This document shows, piece after piece, positions 24,285 through 36,750 of a stretch of 64,000 nt of DNA. This DNA is from Octopus bimaculoides (lineage: Eukaryota). A program made the translations under genes and the position numbers. The stretch is from the NCBI RefSeq assembly GCF_001194135.2, contig NC_068988.1:40962032-41026031 (forward strand). The letters run 5' to 3'. How positions within the stretch are numbered: the stretch's first letter is position 1; each line of letters starts with the position of its first letter. The notes below the pieces were generated by a model, which was given only the letters and a program-made list of their open reading frames with translations, was not told the DNA's origin and ran no database searches.

Positions 24285-25088
24285 TTCTAATTAACGATGC
24301 AATAAGAAAAAAACAATTTTTGCAATCTAATCTCCAATTATATTCCGATCTTGGCTATATCAACTAGAATGTTGAGGTCACGAATAGCAACGAAAGGACT
24401 TCGAGAGAGAAGACTAACAACCGATTGATTGTTCAATCAGCACATTAAACCAAAAATTGAATAGTTAACTAGTAAAATAAAGAAGTGGTATTGAACCAGT
24501 GTGTGTGTTTATTTTAATTGTTATTGGCATAATGACCATCCTTAAACACAACAAGACTTGTTTCAACACATGAATTCACATCAATAATATTGCAAACCAA
24601 TTGCAAAAGCGTACATATGCATGTGTGTGTATGTGTGTGTATGTGTATGTGTGCATGTGTGTGTGTGTGCGTGCGCGCATGTGTGCGTTACAATTTCAAT
24701 GGAGCCTCACGCCTAAATGTATTTATATATTTTGATCGTTAAATACATCAGTATACATATGTGTGTATGTATATGTATGCCCGTACGTTTGTATGTGTGT
24801 CTGTGTGTATAAGCGTAAGTATTAAGTCTGTGTATATTCAAGCGTGTATATGCCTGTATACTTGTGAGGGCATGTAGATATATATGTACGTATACTTGCA
24901 TGTAGTTATATATGTTTATATATATTATATCAATCTATTCATTTGAAGTCCGTGAGCGTGTTCGTGAGAAAATATTTATGTAATTGTAATTTTTACCACA
25001 TAGTGCCTGAGCTTGAATGTTGTCGTGGACCTGTTTACCATGCTCTCTCTCTTTCTCTCTCTATCTCTCTCTTTGTATCTATCTATCT

Positions 25089-25123
<35 letters not shown>

Positions 25124-25869
25124 NNNNNNNNNNNNNNNNNNNNNNNNNNNNNNNNNNNNNNNNNNNNNNNNNNNNNNNNNNNNNNNNNNNNNNNNNNNNN
25201 NNNNNNNNNNNNNNNNNNNNNNNNNNNNNNNNNNNNNNNNNNNNNNNNNNNNNNNNNNNNNNNNNNNNNNNNNNNNNNNNNNNNNNNNNNNNNNNNNNNN
25301 NNNNNNNNNNNNNNNNNNNNNNNNNNNNNNNNNNNNNNNNNNNNNNNNNNNNNNNNNNNNNNNNNNNNNNNNNNNNNNNNNNNNNNNNNNNNNNNNNNNN
25401 NNNNNNNNNNNNNNNNNNNNNNNNNNNNNNNNNNNNNNNNNNNNNNNNNNNNNNNNNNNNNNNNNNNNNNNNNNNNNNNNNNNNNNNNNNNNNNNNNNNN
25501 NNNNNNNNNNNNNNNNNNNNNNNNNNNNNNNNNNNNNNNNNNNNNNNNNNNNNNNNNNNNNNNNNNNNNNNNNNNNNNNNNNNNNNNNNNNNNNNNNNNN
25601 NNNNNNNNNNNNNNNNNNNNNNNNNNNNNNNNNNNNNNNNNNNNNNNNNNNNNNNNNNNNNNNNNNNNNNNNNNNNNNNNNNNNNNNNNNNNNNNNNNNN
25701 NNNNNNNNNNNNNNNNNNNNNNNNNNNNNNNNNNNNNNNNNNNNNNNNNNNNNNNNNNNNNNNNNNNNNNNNNNNNNNNNNNNNNNNNNNNNNNNNNNNN
25801 NNNNNNNNNNNNNNNNNNNNNNNNNNNNNNNNNNNNNNNNNNNNNNNNNNNNNNNNTGTGTGTGTGTTT

Positions 25870-25908
<39 letters not shown>

Positions 25909-26050
25909 TGTGTGTGTGTGCGTGTGTACATATTTCTGTATGTTTAGAACCCTCCTGATAATCCTTCCTGTCCTAAGAGACAAACTTTCTGTAGAAGCTT
26001 TACCGGGCGTTCTATTTCAATCTCCTTCTGCCATTTGTCTATATTTTTGC

Positions 26051-26122
<72 letters not shown>
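26051..26122. repeat. (ATT)n microsatellite ending ~20 nt before the last PRDM1 acceptor
   Basis: Direct reading; it accounts for the poly-Ile start of the 709-aa ORF. Confidence 0.95.
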
Positions 26123-26123
<1 letters not shown>

Positions 26124-26143
26124 CTTTGTTTATGTTTTCGCAG

Positions 26144-28164
26144 GTAACACGAAACCAAATGGAACATCAAGTTTTCGTCCATTAAGTTCGTCTGAAAGAA
26201 GAATGATACCTTTTTCAATAATTGATGAAAAACCAATGATTCGGGATCAAACAGAACCGCTGATTACTAGTTCGATACGGAAACAATCTGAAGAAGATAT
26301 AATTGATTACAGTGTTCATAAAAACTACGATATCTTATCACGAGCCTCTGCTTTTCATTTGGGTTCCAGGCGCACACACGTTCCGGAAAAAGCATTCAAT
26401 GGTCCACCAGCTTTACATTGTCTGTCAGAACTTACAAACGGTCTGACCACTCCCAAATCAACTGAACTATCTAAGCTTCACCAGACGTCTTCTAAAAATG
26501 GAAACCATATTTTAAACGATGATATCATGATAAAGAGTGCGAGATCTAGCCCTCTCATGAACAATGAGCTTGCTTTAGCTCTAAAAGGCAAAGACTTTAA
26601 ATACATGTTTGATAAAACAGCTTGTGATAGCTTTCGTGGTAGCAAAAATTATATAAAGTCAGAAATTGGGGAGAAATATAAAACTGATAGTACCATGCCA
26701 CTTTTAGTGACGCCATATAGATCTCCAACAATAATGTCTCCAAACATTTCTCCAGTCTCATCGTTCTGGAGTTCTTTCCGACCAGAAATGGCACATAATA
26801 AATTACCATTTAAGTCATTCTCCACGTCTAATCCTATCTATTTTCCAAGCCCACCAATACCGCCAATTTATCCGATACCAAGTATTTACCAGTATTCTGG
26901 TTTTCAGTGGCAACTCTTCCCTCCGACAGCATTCCATCAGACTTCAATATCTGGTCATAATTCTCCTTCGTCAATATCTGGTCCATTGACCGCTAGCATC
27001 TCAAGTATTTCTGACCGTCACCATATGCACAGGTCATCTCTACAACCCGAGCAAGTATTGAACCTTAGCAAACCAAAAATCGACTCAAGCACAGGGAACA
27101 TGAGAGGCTATCGATCACTACCATACCCACTGAAGAAAAAAGACGGTAAGATGCATTACGAATGCAACGTTTGTTATAAGACATTTGGACAACTGTCGAA
27201 TCTGAAAGTTCATTTACGCACTCACACGGGTGAACGTCCTTTTGTATGCCAAACCTGCGGCAAGGGTTTCACACAGCTAGCTCATCTTCAAAAGCATCAT
27301 CTAGTACATACTGGCGAAAAACCTCATGAATGTCAATCCTGCGGTAAACGCTTCAGTAGTACAAGTAACCTTAAGACACACATGAGACTCCACAGTGGAG
27401 AAAAACCATTTCAATGTAAACTTTGCCCGTCAAAATTCACACAATTTGTTCACTTGAAATTACATAAAAGATTGCACACAGATGAGCGACCTTATGAATG
27501 CCCCAACTGCAATCGAAAATACATTAGCCCGAGCGGTTTAAAAACACACTGGAAGGCTGGGAATTGCGTTTCTCCTGATGGTATCAGCTTTGATATGACA
27601 AAATTGATTGATGGCAGTGCAGATTCTGAGTTTGATCTTGATGTTGGAATTGATGGTGAAAACGAATCGGACATTCAAGAGAAACTGAATATAACAGTTC
27701 AATCGCTAGACACCACTGCTGATATATCGAGGGTCAGTGATGTTGACGATAACGAGCATGATCTAGAAGAAGGCGAACTGATCAGGGAAGAAATAGATCT
27801 TGATGCAGACGATGAAATGGGAGAAGAGGAAGACGAGGAAGAAGAAGACGAAGAAGAAGAACTTGAGGAAGATGAACATGAAGAATGTGCAGATGAAAAT
27901 AAAGCAGCCAATGGCAATAACACCCTCAATAATAATAATACTAATAATAACAATGACAATCCAAACAGGTTGTCTTTCTCATTGACACCTATGAAGAAGT
28001 TTAGTAGAGAGGGGTACAATATATTTCAAAACCATATTCCTTCAGCATCGCTAATATTAAAAGATAACTGGACAAATGGAACTAACAAAATAGATGAAAA
28101 ACCGCCAATATCCATTTTTGAAAACATGGAAACATGCACATCTACAACAGACGAAATTCACTAA
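26144..28164 (+). CDS. PRDM1: PRDM1/Blimp-1 terminal coding exon: Pro/Ser-rich region, five zinc fingers (27157-27567; four C2H2 + final C2HC), acidic and poly-Asn tail
   Basis: Acceptor ttttcgcAG at 26142-26143; the phase-1 join restores the frame of the 709-aa ORF; stop TAA ends at 28164. [57 protein letters not shown] and [11 protein letters not shown] are near-identical to the Blimp-1 finger sequences I know. Confidence 0.97.
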
Positions 28165-28209
28165 CTCTCTTATATAATTAAACCCCATCTAATTATTCTT
28201 ATCATCAGA

Positions 28210-28217
28210 TATTATTA

Positions 28218-28261
<44 letters not shown>

Positions 28262-28369
28262 GAAGATGATGAGGATGGTTAGTCATGAATTAGGTGATGA
28301 AATCACAGTGATGATGACGATAATAATTATGATAATGATGATAATGACGACGACGACGATGACGATGAC

Positions 28370-28416
<47 letters not shown>

Positions 28417-28509
28417 CGACGACGACGACGACGATGACGATGACGATGATGATGATGATGATGATATGATGATGATGTTGATGATGATGATGATGTTGAT
28501 GATGATGAA

Positions 28510-28560
<51 letters not shown>

Positions 28561-28585
28561 CATAATAATAATAATAATAATAATA
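28210..28585. repeat. Stacked trinucleotide tracts (ATT)n-(GAT/GAC)n-(AAT)n just downstream of the PRDM1 stop
   Basis: Direct reading. Confidence 0.95.
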
Positions 28586-28794
28586 AAAACCTTAAATTTG
28601 ATAAAAACCTTAAATTTGATAAGAGTATCAAACCTACAAAGACCCAAAACTTAAGAAAAAATATAATGTGAAAATCATAGTTGACATTGTTACCACCATA
28701 GAAACCATCAAGCAAAAGGTATGTGCTAAAGCTGCCCGTATAGCAAGGTATGAAAAGCGTGTTAGATTCTTCAGAGATAATAACATGTTCAAAA
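28586..28794 (+). mobile_element. RLE-type (R4/Dong-like) LINE internal fragment
   Basis: IETIKQKVCAKAARIARYEKRVRFFRDNNMFK resembles the pre-RT region (ETLKQK..AKA.RI.RY.KR...F..N..F) of R4-clade ORFs; preceded by (TAA)n and cut by a gap. Confidence 0.65.
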
Positions 28795-29265
28795 NNNNNN
28801 NNNNTCAAATCCACACTAACACAACCACCACTACCACTACCATTACCACCACCATTACCATTGCCATCAAAGCTACATTAGCCAAAAAAATAATAATAAA
28901 TAAGTAAAACACCAAAATGACCGCCATTTACAAAACACAAACAGCTATCGTCGGTTTGAAAACAACATACTGTGCGAAAAGAAGCATCACAACCACTAAA
29001 CTTGCACTATCATCACGAAGAGCAAAACTGCATCGCTGTCACGCCATAGCTATCGTCCATTAAAACATTTACTCTATTTTTTTTTCTCATCATCTTGCGC
29101 TATTGTACAGCTACTGTTAACAAGTTTAAAAAGTATTATTCCTCTACTTCTCTAAATTATCTTCATCATCATCATCTTTGTCACCATCAGAGGCGGCGGT
29201 GGCGGCGGCATCATCATTGTCATCATTATGCTATCGTTATCATCACAATCATTATCCTCATTAAT

Positions 29266-29296
<31 letters not shown>

Positions 29297-29394
29297 CTGT
29301 TGTTGTCAGCGTCGTCGTCGTCGTCGTCGTTTTCATCGCCAGGGTGGGCCAAGCGTCACGCACCAAAACATTTAACATCTTTATTTATGTTACG

Positions 29395-29425
<31 letters not shown>

Positions 29426-31130
29426 TTTTGTTCATCATGTACAAGTGCGTGTGTATTCATCATTATTTTATTTATTTCATTCAGTCTTTGACAATTCTGG
29501 AGCGCATTGAACTTATTTTGGACCGCCCTGTATGTTAATAGCATGTCAAAGTTCATAGATATTATGTTTCATACGTTCGTGAACAGGGAATTCTTTAACC
29601 GTTTTTGACCTGGTTGATCACATTGGTACCCCCTTCATACCTGGTGGTATTTACAGTGGTTGTTGCTGTTATCGGTAAGTCCCAAATTAGCTCCCTGCTC
29701 CAGAGTATGTATAATTAAGAGTGTTTAAGCCATGAGCACAACCTTTTGTAATTCAGATATTGTGCACCTAGGACCTCAATACCCAATGCGGTTATGGCTT
29801 GGACGCCCTTTAATCACAGATCTTCTGGATCAGAGCCAGTTTAGAACTAGCCGATGACAACAATACCCACTGTAAGACAGCACCAATTCAATAGCTGGTT
29901 CCATTGTATTCAGCTTGGAAAAAAAAGATTGTAGAATTCTCTACGTGCGGAGGTATGAATTGTTGTTTGAACGAATGTTTCCAATTTGTTAACATCAGTT
30001 TAATGCTATATGCACTGTATGAGCAATCTAATGATAACATTAGTTTATGTTCGAATCCAGTCTGATGATCGGAGATCAAAGCGTCCACAAAGTTGTGGTA
30101 GGTATAAATACTAAATAACGAAAAAATTCCCTGAAAATGAGCTTGAGATCCCGAGGATTAGTAAGAACTGCTCATAAATATTTATACATTTAACCAGAGC
30201 AGGAATAACTATCAGATCTGTTTTGGAAATGTCCAGTTTGAGAAGTTGTTCACCAATAGTCAAGTTCAGCCATTTAACTAACTATGCATAAAGCATTTAT
30301 TGCCAGCAGGCTATTTCTTTCAGCTTCAAAAGGTGAACCTTGATTGAAAAAAAAATGCTATGAATGTGCTTCTACAACATGGCTTTCCTTGTGATAGTTA
30401 AAACAAACTAATGATGTTAATTAACATTAACAACATTATCAACCGTATTACTGTACTTATCGGGCAGTCTGCTTAGATGAGAAGAAGGGGATAGCAAGTA
30501 ATTAGCCAAGTTTCAAAACCTATATTAAGCCACTACACTACTCTTATATCATTAAAGTACTCTTGAAAGGCATGGCCGATACAGCTTCTAATACCTTCTA
30601 AAAGTAATCTTCAACTTCGTGTCTTATACAGGATTAACACATTATTACACTACAGATGTAAAGTTCAGATCCAGTTTGATTCTTATTCGTAGGAATTTTT
30701 ACCTCTAATCGAAGATTTAAAGAGCAATGGAAAAATCGTTGAAGCGTTGTACAAAATGCCTGGTGGTATTTGTACTAAATCTTTTTGTTCTGAGTTTTAA
30801 AATCCAGCCGAAGTGAATTTTTCATGTAATTTTCCCGTACAAGTCAAGTACTAGGTTATAATCTCTATTCCAACAAATTTGAAGTCTCATACCTACGTAA
30901 CAAATCAATATTATCATCATCATCGTCATATTATTATTTCGAGGTCAGAAATCATCGTTTTTATCATTACAGCGATGATAGAAGACTCGGCGTTTCGAGT
31001 TAACAATAGTTGTTCCAACTGCTACAAATAGGAGCCAAATCTTAAATCTAAATCCTAAAGTCTTCGAAAACAAGACCACATTGAATAAATGTAGTCTAGA
31101 ATCTAAATAAATAAATAAATAGATAGATAA

Positions 31131-31353
31131 ATAATCTTTTCTACTATAAGCACAAGGCCTGAAATTCGGAGGGAGTGGGGGGGGGTCAATCGATTAGATC
31201 GACCCCAGTACGCAACTGGTACTTAATTTATCGACCCCGAAAGGATGAAAGGCAAAGTCGACCGCGGCGGAATATGAACTTCGAACGTAGCGACGGGCGA
31301 AATACCGCTAAGCATTTCGTCCGACGTGCTAACGATTCTATCAGCTCGCCGCC
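31131..31353 (-). mobile_element. SINE family A, well preserved
   Basis: Complete head, body and AGTAGAAAAGATTATT end on minus. Confidence 0.9.
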
Positions 31354-34300
31354 TTAATAAATAGATAAATAATGACGATATCGGCATCGCTTTAATAATC
31401 TCTGATCAAAGGCTGAAATCACGAAGCATATTCATTTTGCATATTCCTGAGCTTCATACAATAAAGTGCCCCAATACTGCGGCGCGAGGACTACTTAATC
31501 TTCATATAGTTAAACCAACAGTAAAAACAGAGTTTACTCACTCTTTATGTTTCCAGCCACTGGTTTGTGGCAAAGCTGGGACAATAGCTTGTATTTTAAT
31601 AAAAAAAAAAGGTGTGAAGGACAGTCTGCTAGTAAGTAGGGTCAGCCGTTTTCATCACCATTGCTAATATTGGTTTTAACATGATAGCTCAGAAGACACG
31701 CACACACAGATATATATATATATATACGTATGTATATGTATATTTCAAAATCATATTAGAGTCGCCTTTGCTTTTCATCAACGCTGAGTATAGGAGAATC
31801 GGTCACAGTTGAATACATGTCTTCCTAATTGATTATTTAAAAAAAGATATTTTATCACTTTTGCTTCTTTTTAAAAAAAAAATCATTATTACAGTGAGTT
31901 GTAGAGTCGTGATAACGTTATAAAATGGATTGTACTCTAGAAGATATAACTTTTATAATTTAGGGTTAAATTCTCGTCAGGATTTTGTTTCCTTCTATCA
32001 TTTTAGTATGTATAAAGAAACGTTGAGAGTGGTAAAATAATGATTTGATAGGCACAGATCCATTTAGGACTACATTATTCAATAAATCATTCTTTTTTTC
32101 AAGACAGTAGTGTGATCTGAGAGAGAAATAAATGTAGTAAAATTATCGACGATTGAACTGTGAGGAAAATCGTTGATCATGTTGTTTAGATCCAGCTCAG
32201 CTTTGATCAAATGGACCAATGATCAAAATCATTTAACACTCTGCAGTGCTATATTATTCAATGCCACCTCTCACTTTTCAAGCCAGTAGGACGTGATTTC
32301 GAGTTTTGGCTGTTATTTCAAGCATGCCGGGTGACTATGCAATGGTTTCACTGTTGGATCTCATAAGGATTTCAACAACAAGAGGTAGGTTCCTTGATCG
32401 TCTCTCCCCAATGTGTGTGTGTGCGTGTAACCATATGCGGTTAAATCCCATAATTCGGTAGGTTGAAAGAACCACTCAATTAACTTCCTGTAATGCGTCA
32501 AGAGAGAGGAAAAGAGTTTGGAAGAGTGAACGGGAAGAATCGAAACCTGGATTTCCAACTACGAAACATAAATCGAATATATAGTGCTAGCACCTATAGA
32601 GGTATGTTCTTAACATCATTATGTACCTATTGATAGCCAAATGAACTGGACTAGTTCAAATTTTAATGCTTTTAGTATGTATCAAAATAGTACGGTATCG
32701 AGGGGAAAGACGAATCTTATTTATAGCACTGAGTCTGTTATTAGATCATAAGGAAATCATTTGCGGATAATTTGTATCTAACAAAGATTAGTTATTAATT
32801 TACAAGAGAGTTATAAAGCATTCGAATAGATATAGGAATATTCTGTAGTTATAAATTAAATAAATAGATTATAGGTACTGGTAAAGGGTTCCAGAGTGGA
32901 GTATAAGCATGGCTGTATTGTTAAGATATTCGCTTTGCAATTACGGGGCTCCATATTAGATTTCACTCCGTAGCTTTTTAGACACGTGACTTCTGATCCG
33001 TCACCTGATTTCACGTCACTGTCTGTCCTTTGGATACCTGCAATGGAGTTAACGCCGTTGCAGATATTGGGACCAAGACAGCGATCAGAAAATATGGTCT
33101 CTTAATGTGCTGCTTCTTCCCTTCTGTAACATACCCTTTATTTTCACTATCCACAGAAACCCAGCAATATTCATAGACACTGCTTTGCCACTTATGAGTA
33201 GGCCATAAGACATAGCAGTCACTAAGATTACTTGTAGATGTGTATGGATCAGGAGAAGTTTAAGTAGCGTTGGGAAATGGCTGTAATTTGTAATTTGAGG
33301 TAAATAATAGTAAACGGTGGTACATTTTTAGTTGTAGTAAGTGTTGTTAAATAATGGTTAAATAAAGGGTGACGATCCAAGTTTCTATTTCCTGTTTTGG
33401 TTACATGTTGTCGAGAAATGCATGGAGATCGCTCTATTTTATTATTATCTACTTTTATAAACAAGAACGATCTCAGTTGATGGGTCTGTACTTAAAACAT
33501 ATTTGTTAAACAACACTCCACAATTATTAACAACTGAAATTACTGGTATTTAAATAATCAACCACACTTATCGGTACAGAGAGCCATTGAGTGAATCTTT
33601 AAAGTACAGTGCATTAGGTAGTGCGATACTTGATAGATGGTTTGAAAATGAAACGTGGGGGGGGGCGATTTTGAGCATAGGTCTGCTCAATTAGGTCTGA
33701 CCTGGAGCTAATCATCAACTATCGTCATATATCTCATTACACACATCATTGCCTTCTTCTACCATCTCATCCTCCTCCTCATCATCATCATCCTCATTAT
33801 CATCATCATTATCGTCATTATCATCCTCATTGCCAAGGAAGCCAGCTATAATATCCTTCCATTCTCACTTTGGAACTCTCTATCTACATATTTTATTGAC
33901 CTTCAGAGGTCGATAAAACAGGCATCAGTATAATAGTTTATATCATCATCATCGTCGTCATCGTCGTCGTCGTCGTCGTCATTATCATCGTCATATATAA
34001 CAACAAAAACCACCAGCACCACCATAGCCACTACCAAAAAAATTAGAATAAATTATAGAGAGTTTTTCAATGCGGTCACTCGGGCAATCATATTCCTTTA
34101 AATCTCAAACTGGCATCTTAATTCGAAAACGACAGATTGAAGAATACAGTCCTAGGAAGACAAGATGATCACAGCTTGAATGTCTTCATTTACAGCCCTG
34201 TTCCTTTAGAATTGAACTTGAGCTCCTAATATAACAACGTTACAACGAGACAGCAAAGGAGGTGTGTGTGTGTGTGTGTGTATGTGTGTGTGTGTGTGTG

Positions 34301-34796
34301 TGTGTAATTGAAAAAATTGGGGTCAGCAAGAAGGAGTACGGTTGGACATATATTTTTTAATCACTACAATTGTTTCCACACAGTGTAGTTCTCGAGGGGT
34401 GCAGGTACTCGATTATGTAACCGCTTCCCTGCATTATGAGATCTAGTTGTGCTTCCTCAGGCGATACGTAAAAATTACCTCCGTGAGTTCAAAATCCTCG
34501 ACTTTGGGAACATCTTTTCTGTCTGTCGTAGCCTGAATTTAGTAGTAGCCACTGAGCTTATCAGGGTGCGTTGTTGCTGTAGTACCGTTGGCAAGCTGCT
34601 TTGAATATGATGTAGTGGGATGGTGATTCTGCTCCGATTTTCTATTCACACACGACAAATGCCAAACGCAAACCTGGAAGTACGTATAATACTACTACTG
34701 GATATCACAGGGTAAATGTGAAGGTGGTTGAGCTTTATACTGTACTCTACTACGCTCTTAACAGAATATACCATAACTATATATATATATACATAC

Positions 34797-34835
<39 letters not shown>

Positions 34836-34932
34836 TCTATTGAATTAGGTACCTAAATTGAGGCAACAAGCCAGTCGGTATAGCCAACTCAGCTCGAAGT
34901 TTGATGAACAATATGTAACAAGGATGCAAAGT

Positions 34933-35284
34933 TATCAATGCATTACGGCCGTTTCGAGCGGCTCCATTTAATCGATCAATGAAATTATTACAGCAATTTG
35001 AAAGAAGCCACTCTCCTCATAAGTAGATAACCATATAGATTTACAGCATAAAGGATAAACCATTTAAAAAAAATTTATATCAGTATTAGAAACCAAAATA
35101 ATTACATTGTTTCCTTATATTATATTTGTGGCAGAATGAATCAATCTATATGTTACATTTGTGGCAGGACGAACCAATCTATATAGTCATCAACTGCTGA
35201 GGAGAGCGGTTTCTTTCAATCTGATGTAATGTTTTCAATGATCGATCAAATGGAGCTGCTTGAAACGGCCGTAATGCATTGATA
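34933..35284. mobile_element. Inverted-repeat element (~60-bp arms) carrying a hammerhead motif
   Basis: TATCAATGCATTACGGCCGTTTCGAGCGGCTCCATTT..ATCGATCA is mirrored at 35223-35284. Confidence 0.8.
35189..35283 (+). ncRNA. Type I hammerhead-like motif with intact core and long stem II
   Basis: ATCAA-CTG-CTGAGGA(35197-203)-GAGCGGTTTC...GGAGCTGCTT-GAAA(35262-65)-C-GGCC-G-T-A-ATGCA-TTGAT: 10-bp stem II with wobbles, palindromic ACGGCCGT, GUA cleavage triplet; proximal stem I is mismatched. Confidence 0.6.
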
Positions 35285-35336
35285 TCTGGACGCCCTTATT
35301 AGTCATTTGCATTATATAAATATATATATATATATG

Positions 35337-35398
<62 letters not shown>

Positions 35399-35666
35399 CG
35401 TGTGTGTGTGTGTGTGGTCGTTCGATCTCCTAGAAAAGTAGTTAAAACACGTCCAAATCTTATCTGACTGCCTTGAAAGATGATGGCTATATTGGTTGAA
35501 ATGCTTTTGATCATAGATCTGTTCATTCACAACTCATCCAGGGTTGAACGGTAATATGGCTATATTTTGTCGGTCTGCGCGAGGAAAACCAGACATCAAA
35601 ATGTAATTACCACCAACATCACCGCCACCACCACTACTACTATTACTACTACTGCTGCTGCTGCTG

Positions 35667-35729
<63 letters not shown>

Positions 35730-36717
35730 GCAAGATCATGCCAGCACCGAGCAGGGACTCTACCTGCTAAATATAGCAGAGAAATACATCAGAAAATGTA
35801 TTTCTCTAGGTATATCACTGAAAAGTTGAGATGGCCATACCTGGTAGGTTTGCTCGATCAGAGCTGATCTGTAGCTGAACAACAGCAAAAACAACAACGC
35901 CCACTTCACACTGTACAAACAACAATCATCATTTTCACATATCAACGTCAGTTAGCAAAGTACGACAACAAACACAAAACCACAATCACCACCGCCACTA
36001 TCGCTAACACACTACTACCATCAGCATGACTATTCGATTTCATTGACATAAATTATGTTATAGCTATTCTTGTTTAACTTCTGTTTTGATGTTGACAATC
36101 AAATTTTAATTTAATATCTTGTTTGTATGTGAATATCTTTCTAAGTGTCGAAAGCGCTGAAATGACAGCCGTTGGAGCGTTGGATAGAATATCATGTGGT
36201 CTCCGTTCCGGCTCTTTGTGTTCGTAGTTCAATTCATGCCAAGCTCAAATTTGCATTTTATCCTTATAGAGTTGATAAATAAAAGTACCAGACAAGTACA
36301 GGAGTCGTTTTTTTTTCTTTGTTTTTCCGACTCGATAAAAATTATGTATAACTTCTAAAGCAAAACTCAGGAGGTTTCTGGTAAGCAACTGGAAACTACC
36401 ATTTTACTTCGCCTGCAAAATTCCATGACATGCTGATTGAGGTTGTCAAAGATATCACTAACGGATCATTCATAGATCTGATGGCAAAGCGAAGGCAGAA
36501 ACACATGTGTATGTACGTATATAGGCATATGTACTTATAAACATGTGAGTGTAACTCTGTAACTATTTGATGTGTATATACCCATATGTGTGTGTAATCT
36601 TCATACATGTGAATATCATTACAAACACAGAAATACATGTACAAATAATAGGTTGACTGGTTTTAAATCCTTACATATACAAAACAAAAATACATGTACA
36701 AACACACAACTATACTG

Positions 36718-36750
<33 letters not shown>

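Noticed and set aside
26035-26143. N-terminal [10 protein letters not shown]...FVYVFA of the 709-aa ORF as a signal or transmembrane segment
   Set aside because: It is intronic (ATT)n plus the polypyrimidine tract upstream of the AG acceptor at 26142-43.
27699-28019. Antisense and alternative-frame ORFs over the acidic tail (poly-Ser, Lys-rich)
   Set aside because: They are shadows of the low-complexity GAA/GAT codons of PRDM1.
30055-30095. CTGATGATCGGAGATCAAAGCGTC as a hammerhead
   Set aside because: No GAAA and no stem I pairing.
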